DNA of 64,000 nucleotides, taken from the NCBI GenBank assembly GCA_965205945.1, contig CBDBIB010000001.1, forward strand, positions 576,001 to 640,000, read 5' to 3'. This DNA is from Bdellovibrionales bacterium. GTDB taxonomy: Bacteria; Bdellovibrionota; Bdellovibrionia; Bdellovibrionales; UBA1609. The notes beneath the pieces were generated by a model that was not told the origin of the DNA, did no database searches, and saw nothing but the letters and a program-made list of their open reading frames with translations. Within the stretch, counting starts at the first letter, position 1. Every line of letters starts with the position of its first letter. The position numbers were made by a program, and so were the translations under genes. Shown in pieces: positions 1 to 10,300 of the stretch.

Positions 1-1190
1 AAAATTCTATACTTGTCTCCGCCATTTATAGGATCTACAAGTTCTGTAGCAATCCCTATCCACGATAAAGACATAACAGAGTCTGCAGGAACTCCTCTAA
101 CCATATTTAAAATCCCACCAAAACTTGGAGGTGTAATATCTACTACATTAATTGTCTGAAAACTTGAGACTACAGATCTATTCCCCGTAGGATCTTCATC
201 TTGAACAATAATATTATATGTTTGACCTTCTTGAAGAGAACTCAGATCTAATTCTTGCGGAGGAGAATGTAAATCATCACCTGATAAAAGATATGTTTTT
301 TCTAATACGTAATCTCCAATGTTTGTTCCCCCTGTAGCACCTTTACGTACATATATATATCTTCTAGAAATTCCCCCTTGAACCTGTGTCCAAGGTGCTG
401 TTATTTTTAAAATTCCATTTTCAAGAGCTAATTTAGAGGCTCCGGTAGTAAGCGGAGCTCCACCATCAGAAGTAAACACTGTTTGTTGAACTGTATTAGT
501 TTCACAAGTGTCACCCTCTGAACAAGCCCTTACACCAAAAACATAATTAAGCTCATCACCCAGACCACTAAGTACCACCTCTGCTGGACTTCCTTGTAAA
601 ACAACAGCCCTTGGAGGGGCTGTCCAATCTAGATTGCTGCCTACATTCGCAAAAATTTTATATGAATAAGCCGACACTGGATCATCAGCAATAGATGACT
701 CCCATGTCACTTTTACTGAATGTGGATCTACTTCTACAGCTGCTGTAATTCCTATAAATACCGGAGCATTGATTGCAAGTGTAGACAATTGAAGATTATT
801 TGTTCCTTCAGACCACACACCATCAACTAAAGCCTCACATGTATATAAATATGTAGCACCCTCTCTAAGCCCATCATCATCTATATGAGAAGTTATAGCA
901 TTTGCTCTAGAAAACTCTGCAATTTGATTTCCGTTTCTTCTAAGTCTAATTCTTAAAGCTTCTTCTGGAAAAAGGAAATTTAATTCTATACTTTTTGTTC
1001 CAACACCCTGCCCATCTACACAACCAATATAATCAAACTTACCCTCACCTTCACCACCAGAACCCCCTACACCCCCACTACTACTTGTAGCCTGACCTGA
1101 GATGCTCTCTATAACACAACCCGTTTGCGCTACTAAAACCACAATAAAGCTAAATAAATATATTTTTTTTATGAAAGACTTAAAACTCAT
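1..1190 (-). CDS. Fibronectin type III-repeat surface lipoprotein, N-terminal part (runs off the left edge; absent from the ORF track)
   Basis: Hand translation from ATG at 1190 (SD AGGGGAG) is open to position 1. It starts MSFKSFIKKIYLFSFIVVLVAQTGC (lipobox-like), then a Gly-rich linker and Fn3-like units (GLREGATYLY; APVFIGI..SVKVTWE..YSYKIF..GLGDELNYVFGVRAC; DITPPSFGGI..MSLSW). Confidence 0.8.
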   Translation of the reverse strand, partial: MSFKSFIKKIYLFSFIVVLVAQTGCVIESISGQATSSSGGVGGSGGEGEGKFDYIGCVDGQGVGTKSIELNFLFPEEALRIRLRRNGNQIAEFSRANAITSHIDDDGLREGATYLYTCEALVDGVWSEGTNNLQLSTLAINAPVFIGITAAVEVDPHSVKVTWESSIADDPVSAYSYKIFANVGSNLDWTAPPRAVVLQGSPAEVVLSGLGDELNYVFGVRACSEGDTCETNTVQQTVFTSDGGAPLTTGASKLALENGILKITAPWTQVQGGISRRYIYVRKGATGGTNIGDYVLEKTYLLSGDDLHSPPQELDLSSLQEGQTYNIIVQDEDPTGNRSVVSSFQTINVVDITPPSFGGILNMVRGVPADSVMSLSWIGIATELVDPINGGDKYRI

Positions 1191-1229
1191 CTTCTCCCCT
1201 TAAAATTAAAAAGCATTCTTCTCTGTATA

Positions 1230-1257
1230 CTTTCGGCAAAAAATTCTATTCAGCTTA
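1230..1257 (-). promoter_or_regulatory. Sigma28 (FliA)-like promoter of the Fn3 lipoprotein gene
   Basis: TAAGCTGA-N12-GCCGAAAG about 40 nt upstream of the ATG; consensus is TAAAGTTT-N11-GCCGATAA. Confidence 0.5.
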
Positions 1258-1594
1258 AATACTTTAATAAGTTTAATTATTTATTTAGTCATAAGTCTAA
1301 AAAACAAAATTAAGTAACTTAAATTTAAGCCTTAGCAAGACTTAAATCTTAACTAAATTAAAAATCACTAATTTAAACAATGATACTTCTTAGTTTTCCA
1401 TCTTTTTTGTAGACCCTAAGAAGCAAAGCACCATTAAGGTTTAAATCACTGCTTATTAAATACAAAACACCTATTTGACACATTATCGTTTGCAAAAGTG
1501 TCAAAACCTTTAGTATCTACTGAAGAAATTTCAATTACTTTTATTCAAACGACTTAAACTTGACCCCAACATGCCTAAATTTTAAACATGTCTT

Positions 1595-2221
1595 ATGAGT
1601 AAGTTAAGATCAGTCACAGTAAAATCAGCTGTTTACGCTTGTTTAATGGGGGCTGTAGGGACCATAATATTATACGTTCCTTCTAATTGGTTTTTTAATG
1701 CCAAGAATAAACAAACTCTTATTCAGTCCACTGGCTTAGGAAAAACCTTAGATAATAAGATTTTTCCCATTGGAACAAAGCTTCCTCCCTTTAGTTTTAC
1801 AGATTTATTATCCGGAGAAATTTATCTTTTAGAAAAAGATTTAAAACCCATTAAGATTATAAATTTTTGGGCAAGTTGGTGTAAGCCTTGTGTGGAGGAG
1901 TTTTCATCCTTTGCCCGGTTAATTAAACAATTAAACAATCAAGTTTCTTTTATAGGAATAAATGAAGATAAAACCGTTGATACCGCAAAAGAGTTCTTAA
2001 AAGCTTTTAGTACAGATTTTAAAAATCTTAAGGGAACTTATTTTGGGTTTGATCAAGACAAGACCTTATTAAAAAAATATGGGGTTCTAGCTCTCCCAGA
2101 GAGTTTTTTAGTAGACCCTCATGGAAAACTTATTCAAAGAGTCTCAGGTTTTGAAAACTGGGACACTCCAGAGGCTATAAAGTATTTTAAAAATCTACTT
2201 AACAAATATAAGAAACGATGA
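1595..2221 (+). CDS. TlpA/ResA-family membrane-anchored thiol-disulfide oxidoreductase
   Basis: N-terminal TM segment, INFWASWCKPCVEE CxxC motif, cis-Pro loop YGVLALPESFLVD. Confidence 0.9.
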   Translation: MSKLRSVTVKSAVYACLMGAVGTIILYVPSNWFFNAKNKQTLIQSTGLGKTLDNKIFPIGTKLPPFSFTDLLSGEIYLLEKDLKPIKIINFWASWCKPCVEEFSSFARLIKQLNNQVSFIGINEDKTVDTAKEFLKAFSTDFKNLKGTYFGFDQDKTLLKKYGVLALPESFLVDPHGKLIQRVSGFENWDTPEAIKYFKNLLNKYKKR

Positions 2222-3195
2222 TCATGGGATTTTTTAAACCTTATTTTAAACTTAATAAAGTTCTACTACAAAGTATGAGTGGAATAGTGTTTCTTATCAA
2301 TCCAAGCATTGAAGTAATTAAGAATGATTATAACTTAACAGATAAAAAAATAATTCAGCTCCCTTTTGAAATGGACAATGAGTACTTTAAAACACCTAAA
2401 GAAATTGATACGTTTTTTTTATCAGCTAACAGGGTGAGTACTAAGAATATTAATAAGTATCTTACAATATATAAACCGTTAATTTTAAGTGCTTCTAATA
2501 TTTTTAAAATACCTTTTTCATTTCAATCCTGTTTAATTTTTAAAGAATCAAGATTCGATAAGAATGCCTTAAGTGCAGTGGGTGCTATGGGAATGGCCCA
2601 GTTTACAAAAGATACTTATCACTTCTTATCTAGAGCCTTACGCATAGGGCAAAATTCTTTAGAACATAAAAGAAAAAAAATACTAAATACAAGTGAATTC
2701 TTTTTTGTTGAATCTAATAGCAACAAACTTTCATACCCTAAGTATAATACAAGAATTTTCACTAAAATATATAGAATGTGGCTGGCATACTTAATAAGCA
2801 ATGACTTAAAAGAAATAAACTTAAGCTCTAAATCATTTAAAAATATATTATATAAACCAGAGTATTCAATAGGGTTATCTTCAATGTACTTGTACTACTT
2901 AAAGTATCGTGTACGGTATGGAATACGTAAACATATTGATGATGAAGATCCTAATGATCCAAATTTTATCCTCAGCATTGCAGGAGCTTATAATCAAGGC
3001 CCTAGACGAGTTCTTAAAGCTATAAAAAAAGATAGTACACCAAAATTTTTAACATTGATTGCATATCAATCTAAAATTAGAGAAACAAAAGACTACATCA
3101 GCTCAATTAGAAATTGTATGAGGAAAAATTCAAATACAGATTATGTGTTAAAAAAGCATCTAAATACTAAAAAAATAACTTTAATTAATCTTTAA
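2218..3195 (+). CDS. Lytic transglycosylase (SLT domain) protein
   Basis: KESRFD (catalytic Glu), SAVGAMGMAQF, AYNQGP and ETKDYI motifs; ATGA overlap with the upstream gene. Confidence 0.8.
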   Translation: MIMGFFKPYFKLNKVLLQSMSGIVFLINPSIEVIKNDYNLTDKKIIQLPFEMDNEYFKTPKEIDTFFLSANRVSTKNINKYLTIYKPLILSASNIFKIPFSFQSCLIFKESRFDKNALSAVGAMGMAQFTKDTYHFLSRALRIGQNSLEHKRKKILNTSEFFFVESNSNKLSYPKYNTRIFTKIYRMWLAYLISNDLKEINLSSKSFKNILYKPEYSIGLSSMYLYYLKYRVRYGIRKHIDDEDPNDPNFILSIAGAYNQGPRRVLKAIKKDSTPKFLTLIAYQSKIRETKDYISSIRNCMRKNSNTDYVLKKHLNTKKITLINL

Positions 3196-3241
3196 GGTTG
3201 AAAATTAAAACAAGTTAGTTTAATTTCGTTTTTTCTTAAAT

Positions 3242-3318
3242 GGTGGCATAGCTCAGCTGGATAGAGCAACAGCCTTCTAAGCTGTGGGTCCCAGGTTCGA
3301 ATCCTGGTGCCATCACCA
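3242..3318 (+). tRNA. tRNA-Arg(UCU)
   Basis: Acceptor stem GGTGGCA/TGCCATC, anticodon arm ACAGC-CTTCTAA-GCTGT, TTCGAAT T-loop, encoded CCA. Confidence 0.97.
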
Positions 3319-3350
3319 TTTTTTTAAAATCTATTTTAATCCAAAAATTT

Positions 3351-3585
3351 ATAAAACCCACTTTTTTCTATTTATTTAAGTGTTTAGACTACAGACCTTT
3401 TTTAATTAGTAGATTAGGTGGCGAAAAAAAAGAGGACAGAAAGTAAAGCCAAGCTTGCTTTAGGACTGGATATTAAAAACTCTTATCTTTCACGAGTCCT
3501 TAAAGGACACAGTGACCTTACTTCTAAGCAGGCATATAAGTGTTTAATTTTTTTTAAAGCTTCAGCGAGTTTAAATGAAATTTAG
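3351..3585 (+). pseudogene. Frameshifted, truncated remnant of a TIGR02147/DUF4423-like HTH protein
   Basis: One frame reads LFKCLDYRPFLISRLGGEK. After a +1 shift in the A8 run (3424-3431) it reads KRTESKAKLALGLDIKNSYLSRVLKGHSDLTSKQAYKCLIFF. This fits the DYRxFL...LA...SYLSxVLxG...L..QA N-terminal pattern of that family. No ATG; stop at 3583-3585. Confidence 0.55.
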
Positions 3586-3630
3586 TTATTAAAAAAAGCC
3601 GAGTCTAAACTACCGCACATTAACAGTGCC

Positions 3631-6600
3631 TTAAAATTTCCCAACTACGTTAAAAAACCACCCATAACTATTAAAACTAAAATTTATAAGATCATCATTA
3701 AACCTAGTAAAGTTAAAACCTGTTCCCACTTTTAAATTGCCACCAAGGTGATAATCTAAGCCTACTAAAAAACCTTTTTGCAGATCTTTTGACTCTTTAA
3801 CCTGAACAAGCCTGTATTCAAAAATACCATCCCATTTTTTAATAAAATGATATCTTAATCTAATCTGTTCGAATGTAAGAGTTGTATCAACCCACAAACC
3901 ACTGTTTCTATTCACTCTTTGAGAGCCGATTTTTTGAGCAAGCCTTGCTCCCAACTCCCAACGCCTATTTAAGTCATATGTTCCCTCAACCGATCCAATA
4001 TGAACCTTCTGACTACCGCGAGCATTTGCTTGTGCTTGTGAATCCAAATCATACAGATACGTATATCTAGCAAAAAAATTCCAACGGTCTCTAAAAATAG
4101 GTCTAAGTGCATAACCTAAGTTCCCCTCTATATACCTTGCTAAAGCCTGAGTTGTATCCGTTGGATCTTCAGACAAAGAATAGTCTGCCTCTAAAAACCA
4201 AGTACTAGACGGACTCACTTTAAATTTTAAAGAGTTCGTTAATAACAACTGATCCAAATTTGTAACACCTTTATTCTTAACCAAAGAAACCTTAGAAGAT
4301 GCTGTAATATCTGTGTCTTTTGTATAAACAAACCCTAAACTAACAGCATTTTTACTTGTAACATCTCCTGTTAAATCGCTTTTAAGATCTCCCATTTGAT
4401 ATGAAAATGTCATCGATAACATTCTATTTAAGTTATAATCTAAACCATATAATTGGTTAATTCCAACACTGTCTCCTGTTTCTTGAAACTGATTTTCCGT
4501 AGTCATTCTTATTCCATTTTTAAAACTCTTACTCTGCCCAAGAGTAATCCCATTAGTAACAGGGCCACTTAAACTATCTACAGATTTATCTAAATTAGCA
4601 TATACCTTATGACCTTCTGTCACATTATAGCCAAGACCTGCCACTACAGCCTCTCCCCTATCTCCATTAGAATACTCTGTTGCTCCATCCCATTTACGAT
4701 TAATCTTAAACTTAGATCCTAATGCTGCACGATCATTTTTTCCGTAGCCACCCTTATACTTAGTAGTTGTTTGCCCTTTGACATAAACACTTAAACCAGG
4801 TTCTAATTTTTGACTATACTTTAGCCCAATTAAATGCCCTTCTTTTTTAGGCACAGATAAAGCTTCACTACTATCAATACGATACTCTAGACTGCTGCTA
4901 GCAGCACCCTCTTTAAACCTTCTACCATAAGAAATTATAAACGTATTTTTATCTACCCCATCTATCTCTTTTAAAAGGGCCATTTTAGATTTAATGATAT
5001 CTTTTTTATTAACATCAATCTCAAAATCATAACCATATTCTTTTAAATCATTTTGTGCTTGCCTTCTTGCAGTAGAAAACCCCTCTTCGTAGTCTCTATA
5101 CCATGTAGAAAAAACACCTTCTACTTTTGATTCCACAAAATCATTTAAAAAAAACTGTGACTCTACACCCCATGCTTTAGCTTTTGTAATAGGAGTTGCT
5201 GCCACAGGCTTTGCAATAAAACTCAACCCTCCATCTGTTGATTCAAAATTAGACCCTGACTGAATATCTTTTGTTTCTGAAGTTTCAGCCTTAACAAAGC
5301 TCTCTTTACCTAATCTTAATGTTGCATCTAAACCTGAAAGGTTATACTCAGATTTAATCCTACTTTCTTTCACATGTGTTCCACCTATGGAAACATAATC
5401 ACCAACCCACTGTTCAAGCCTCCCCCCATAAGTAAGAGTATTTAAGCTACCTCCTGTATCACTATATTCATAATCTGCAATTAAATAGTATTTATTATTT
5501 CCTATTCCATCAGGATCTATAACTTCATTAGAAGACTGCATCACAAACGTTGTTAAAGGTTGTGTAAGAACAACTCTTCCAGCCAAATAATCAAACTCGT
5601 AATGCTCATAAGGTTTTAATACAATCTGCTCTTTTAAACGCCCTGAATCTCTATACCTAACCTCAATAACTAGTTTCTCAGAGCCCTGTACAATATCATT
5701 ATGCTTTAATATATATAATCTACTACCTGTTCCTAAAAACTCATTGTGACCGAAAAGTGTTTCTGGTTCAGAAATAAAACCTGTAATTTTTGTTTTTTCT
5801 TCACCAAATTTTGTTTGAGATCTAGATTTGTGTTTTATATGTCCTCCATATAAAGTTCTATTGTATTGTGAAAATAAAGTGCTGGTTAAACCAGAATTTG
5901 CGTTACCCCACATAGCATGAGATTTATCCACTTCAATTTTTATATAAATTTTTCCTAATGTTGGAGTTGTTTGAATTGTTGTTGAATTATCACCGTATAC
6001 AGGGTAATATCTATCCGGATCTAATCTTCTAAACAAAGCCTCAGAATTTTTACGATGTAAGCCTTTAAAAATATCTCTAACATCCCCTTCTGTTGTATCT
6101 AATTTTGAAGTGAGCAAATACTTTCCTTTAACTTTTCCTTTTAAAAAATATGCTAATCTACCATCTAAAAAAACCTTTCCATCATATTCATCCGTGCTTA
6201 CGATTCCTGCAACTTTCTCACTTAAGCGATTTTCTCCAACCCTCATGTCGGCAAGTCCAATCATAAAAAAATATTTTCCAGAAACATCTACACTAAAAGG
6301 CACAGTAAAAACCTCATTGTTTGTCTTATCTTGAATGTCAATTTTGATTTTATGTTTCCCTATTGGAAAGTGTTCTTCAATAACAAATTTACCTTGCTCA
6401 TCTACTCGAACAGACTGACCTCGATAAGAAATGAAATGATCTTTTGGTATATTATTACCCACAAGTCTTACACGGCTACCTTTTATTACAATGTTTTGTT
6501 TTTCAACACTAGAATGACCCCAAATCTCAGCAATAGCATTGGACTCAATAAAACTATCTTTTTCATCTAAATTCTGATTTACAGATTTTTTAATAAAGGT

Positions 6601-7308
6601 GATTTTTTTAACTCTTACAATATCAAAAACTCTCTTTGACTCAAAAACTTTAAATTCATAATATAAAGAATCTCCAATATTATATTCTTTTTCATCAAAC
6701 TTATACTCTATATCATAAATAGAATTTGAATCTCCCTTTAAAGTTTTAATATCTATTTGAGAACTAAGTTTTCCTTTTTTAAATATCCTAAGTTCCCAAT
6801 TTTTAATAAAGGGTAAATAATTTGTATAAACTCTAAATTTAAGGCTGCCTGGTTTAAGCTCTACTTCTTTTTCAGTAGTGATCTCTAGCTGTGGAGATGT
6901 TATACCAGAATCTTCCGTCGCCCATATGGCAGCACCGTTTCTTAAACGAACTCTCCCTTCATAAAAAACATCAACTCTTCTTTGAAGTTGAAGTTCATTA
7001 TCTAGGTCTTTTCTCATTTTAACTGTTGTCACATCTTTAGAATCTAAAGCTCCATCTTTTTTTTCTTCCCCAGATGCAGGGCCTCTCAATTTTTCAGGTT
7101 CAGGGTAATCCTCTCCAAAACCTTGCGCTTCAAACATCCCCTTAGTTTCTTTCGGGTAACCCTTTGTAAACGCTGCTGGCACTCGACCTTTTGCATTATC
7201 TAACTCTAGATTCCCCGGAGTAACCTCTGCATTTGAAACTCCTACTGAGAGAAACAACAGGCAGAAGACAAAAACTTTTTTATCTACTTTCCTCTTTATT
7301 TTTCCCAT
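3631..7308 (-). CDS. Large outer-membrane beta-barrel protein of the DUF11-protein-associated type, with periplasmic N-terminal domains
   Basis: Signal peptide (MGKIKRKVDKKVFVFCLLFLSVGVSNA|E), long amphipathic beta-strand region and C-terminal BAM-type signal YGWFFNVVGKF. Motifs IWATED, GRLAYFLKGKVKGKYLLT and LDPDRYYPVYGD are ones I recognise from uncharacterised barrels beside DUF11 genes. ATG 7308 (GGAG 6 nt upstream) preferred over the track's GTG 7320; overlaps the upstream stop. Confidence 0.8.
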   Translation of the reverse strand: MGKIKRKVDKKVFVFCLLFLSVGVSNAEVTPGNLELDNAKGRVPAAFTKGYPKETKGMFEAQGFGEDYPEPEKLRGPASGEEKKDGALDSKDVTTVKMRKDLDNELQLQRRVDVFYEGRVRLRNGAAIWATEDSGITSPQLEITTEKEVELKPGSLKFRVYTNYLPFIKNWELRIFKKGKLSSQIDIKTLKGDSNSIYDIEYKFDEKEYNIGDSLYYEFKVFESKRVFDIVRVKKITFIKKSVNQNLDEKDSFIESNAIAEIWGHSSVEKQNIVIKGSRVRLVGNNIPKDHFISYRGQSVRVDEQGKFVIEEHFPIGKHKIKIDIQDKTNNEVFTVPFSVDVSGKYFFMIGLADMRVGENRLSEKVAGIVSTDEYDGKVFLDGRLAYFLKGKVKGKYLLTSKLDTTEGDVRDIFKGLHRKNSEALFRRLDPDRYYPVYGDNSTTIQTTPTLGKIYIKIEVDKSHAMWGNANSGLTSTLFSQYNRTLYGGHIKHKSRSQTKFGEEKTKITGFISEPETLFGHNEFLGTGSRLYILKHNDIVQGSEKLVIEVRYRDSGRLKEQIVLKPYEHYEFDYLAGRVVLTQPLTTFVMQSSNEVIDPDGIGNNKYYLIADYEYSDTGGSLNTLTYGGRLEQWVGDYVSIGGTHVKESRIKSEYNLSGLDATLRLGKESFVKAETSETKDIQSGSNFESTDGGLSFIAKPVAATPITKAKAWGVESQFFLNDFVESKVEGVFSTWYRDYEEGFSTARRQAQNDLKEYGYDFEIDVNKKDIIKSKMALLKEIDGVDKNTFIISYGRRFKEGAASSSLEYRIDSSEALSVPKKEGHLIGLKYSQKLEPGLSVYVKGQTTTKYKGGYGKNDRAALGSKFKINRKWDGATEYSNGDRGEAVVAGLGYNVTEGHKVYANLDKSVDSLSGPVTNGITLGQSKSFKNGIRMTTENQFQETGDSVGINQLYGLDYNLNRMLSMTFSYQMGDLKSDLTGDVTSKNAVSLGFVYTKDTDITASSKVSLVKNKGVTNLDQLLLTNSLKFKVSPSSTWFLEADYSLSEDPTDTTQALARYIEGNLGYALRPIFRDRWNFFARYTYLYDLDSQAQANARGSQKVHIGSVEGTYDLNRRWELGARLAQKIGSQRVNRNSGLWVDTTLTFEQIRLRYHFIKKWDGIFEYRLVQVKESKDLQKGFLVGLDYHLGGNLKVGTGFNFTRFNDDLINFSFNSYGWFFNVVGKF

Positions 7309-10300
7309 CATATTCTCCACTTAACGTTCTAGTTATATTCTTTACCTTATATTTAAACTTCTTAAGTTTCTTTAAATTATAATAACTATTTTGCTCCATA
7401 GTAAAACTATCAATTGGATCAAAAAATTTAATATCTTCTTGAAGATCTCCAATAAATTTAACTGGAATCACAACCCTTGCAGTTTCACCAGCTCTTAACT
7501 TTTTAAGTTTCCAAACCCCGTTACTATAGTCTCCTTGAGAAGCCTTAGCAGCAGATGTAAAAATTAAATACTTTTTATCAATATAATCTTTAATTTCAAT
7601 ATTTGAAGCAATCTGTTTTCCTACATTTTGAATTTTAATAATGTAATTAAATAACTCTCCTTCATAAATATCTTTTCTTGATACTGATTTTTTCACCCTT
7701 ACTTTAGCAGTATTATTAACTTTTATTGCACTTTTTTGTACATCTAACGTTAACTCACTATCAACTTGATTCATTGAAAAATCTGTATAACCTGCAAGCT
7801 TTACTGGAGTAGTGAAATTATTTAATTCAAAAGTCCAAATCATATCTACGACCTGCTTCGGAAAAATTTCTTTAATGAACCAAATCCCTCTAGCACTATA
7901 ATCTGTATCTGTTGCAATATCTCTATTTATAGATTTTAATGAATTTTGATCAAATAAAGGTTTAATTTTAATATTTGTTGCCACAGCAGGGCCATTGTTT
8001 CTTATTGTATATTTATATGTGACGTATGGAACATTAATTTTCTTCTTTAAGGCTTTAATTTCAATATTAATATCTGATTTATTCTCAATCACATACTCTT
8101 TGCTATAAATATCAATTTGTTTATTCAAATCATCTTTATCAATCTTATGTCTTTTTATTCTAATAAAAGCTTTTGTATTAGAAGTTTTAAATTTTACTTT
8201 TACCCTAATCTTTAAAGTTTCAATATCTTTATATTTAATATCTTTAACTGTCCACGTTAAATCCTCTACATTACCTTTTGTAAGGTTTGTTTTAATCAAC
8301 TCTAAGGAAGGACTGATTTCAAAATCTAATTCTGATTTATTAACAAACGCTGGACCTAAATTAGATTGCGAAATAATAAACTCAACCTCCTCTCCTTCCT
8401 CTAACGTATCCTTAGATTCAGATATTACTACAGCATAATCAACTTCTTTATTTATTTTCACAGAAACAGTAGTCGTATTACCTTTATCAGAAATCTCGGT
8501 TTGCTTCATATCTATAATACCAAAAGCATTAATCAATTCATCCTTATTGCAATTGTATTTAGGCTTCACTCTTAACGTCATCGTTAACGATTCTTTAAAA
8601 CCCAATTTATCTACACTTAGAGTTTTCTTCCTAACATCACCAACAGTTGAACGAGATGAAACCAATATCAAGCACCTATGTAAAGGAGGATTTAATTTAA
8701 GATTTTTTACCATTGCAGGGCCCTGGTTGCTCACAAAATAACTTAACTCAAACTCTTCACCTAAGTTAACATTTTTAACATTAGAAGAGATTTTTGTTAA
8801 AAGATCAGTTTTGTTATTAATCCTAAGCTTAGGTGATAATGAATCTTTAGAGATGATTACAAAATCCTCTCTCATTTTAATTTCATCAATTTTATCCTCA
8901 ATAACAAAACCTCCAGATCCTGGAGTTATTTCTGATAGCCATGTAAGCTCAGCTTTTTCATGAACCTTAAGAGTTGGAATTAACCATGAATTACTAATAA
9001 GATTAGTATTTTTAGACACAGATACATATTTATGTTTAACTAAATGACTGTGAATAATATCTTTGATTCTAATATTGTTTGCCATAGCTGGGCCCATGTT
9101 TTTAATTCTAGTACTTGTTAAGATTTTATCTCCTTCATCAGCTCTAGATTTACTAAATTCTTTTACCAATATGATATTTGTCTGACTAGCTACTCTAATC
9201 TTAACTGTATCAATAGAATTTTTTAATAAATCTTTTTGCTCATGAGTAAATTTTTCTACTGGATCTAGAATCGTTGAGCCACCAGTTCCTTCTAATATTT
9301 TTACAGATACCTTCATTTTAGCAGATTCACCTTTTAACAATTCTAAAATAGTCCATTTTGCACCAGAAGCACTTCCTTTACTTACCTTAAGATCCCCTAA
9401 TTTAATAAGTGATGAATCAATAATATCTTCAAGCACCAGATCTTGCGCTACAGCTGGACCTTTATTTATAATCCTCCAAGTTATAAACACCTCATCGCCT
9501 TCTTCAGGATAAGTATCAGAAACTGTTTTTGTTAGAATAATATCAGTATTATTTAGAATTTGTATTTCATCTTCAAAAATATCTTTTGTTAACTCTAAAT
9601 CAATTTGATCTAAAGAAACATCATAAACCATTCCTTTTAAAATGGAAGATCCTGATCTAGGTTTAGGTGTCAATACAAATACAATCTCCTCTGAGTTTCC
9701 ATAATCAATAAAGTTAATGCTCCATATATTGTCCTTAAAACTTCCTTTTGTAGCTTTTGTTGATAGCAGCTTAAACTCTTCATCAAATGATATGGCCACC
9801 CCTACATTAGTAGCCTTAATTGGTCCTTTATTATAAGCCTTTACTAAAAATCTAATTTGATCACCTTCATTAGCTGCTTTAACATTAAATGATGATGCAA
9901 TTACAAGATCTAAATTGTTCCTAACCTGAATAGACAACGTTTCAATATCTTTTGTTTTATCTATATCTACCTGTTCTGCATATACAGTTGCTACTCCTAC
10001 TACCATTTCTTTAGTAGCAGATCCCACCTTACTGTTAGCATTAATTTTTGCCACCGCTTTTTCACCACTCATCAATGTTCCAATAATCCATTGATCTTTA
10101 GTAACTACACCATGTGATACAGATATATTTTGTATGTTAATAGATTTATCTTGAATAAGATCTACCACTAATTTAGTCGCTGCAGCAGGACCATTATTAA
10201 CCCCAGTAATCACATAGTTAAAGTTTTCACGCTCATCTACTTCAGTATGACTTAAATTTGTAGTAATATTAAAATCTAACTCATTCTTAATTCTACCAAT

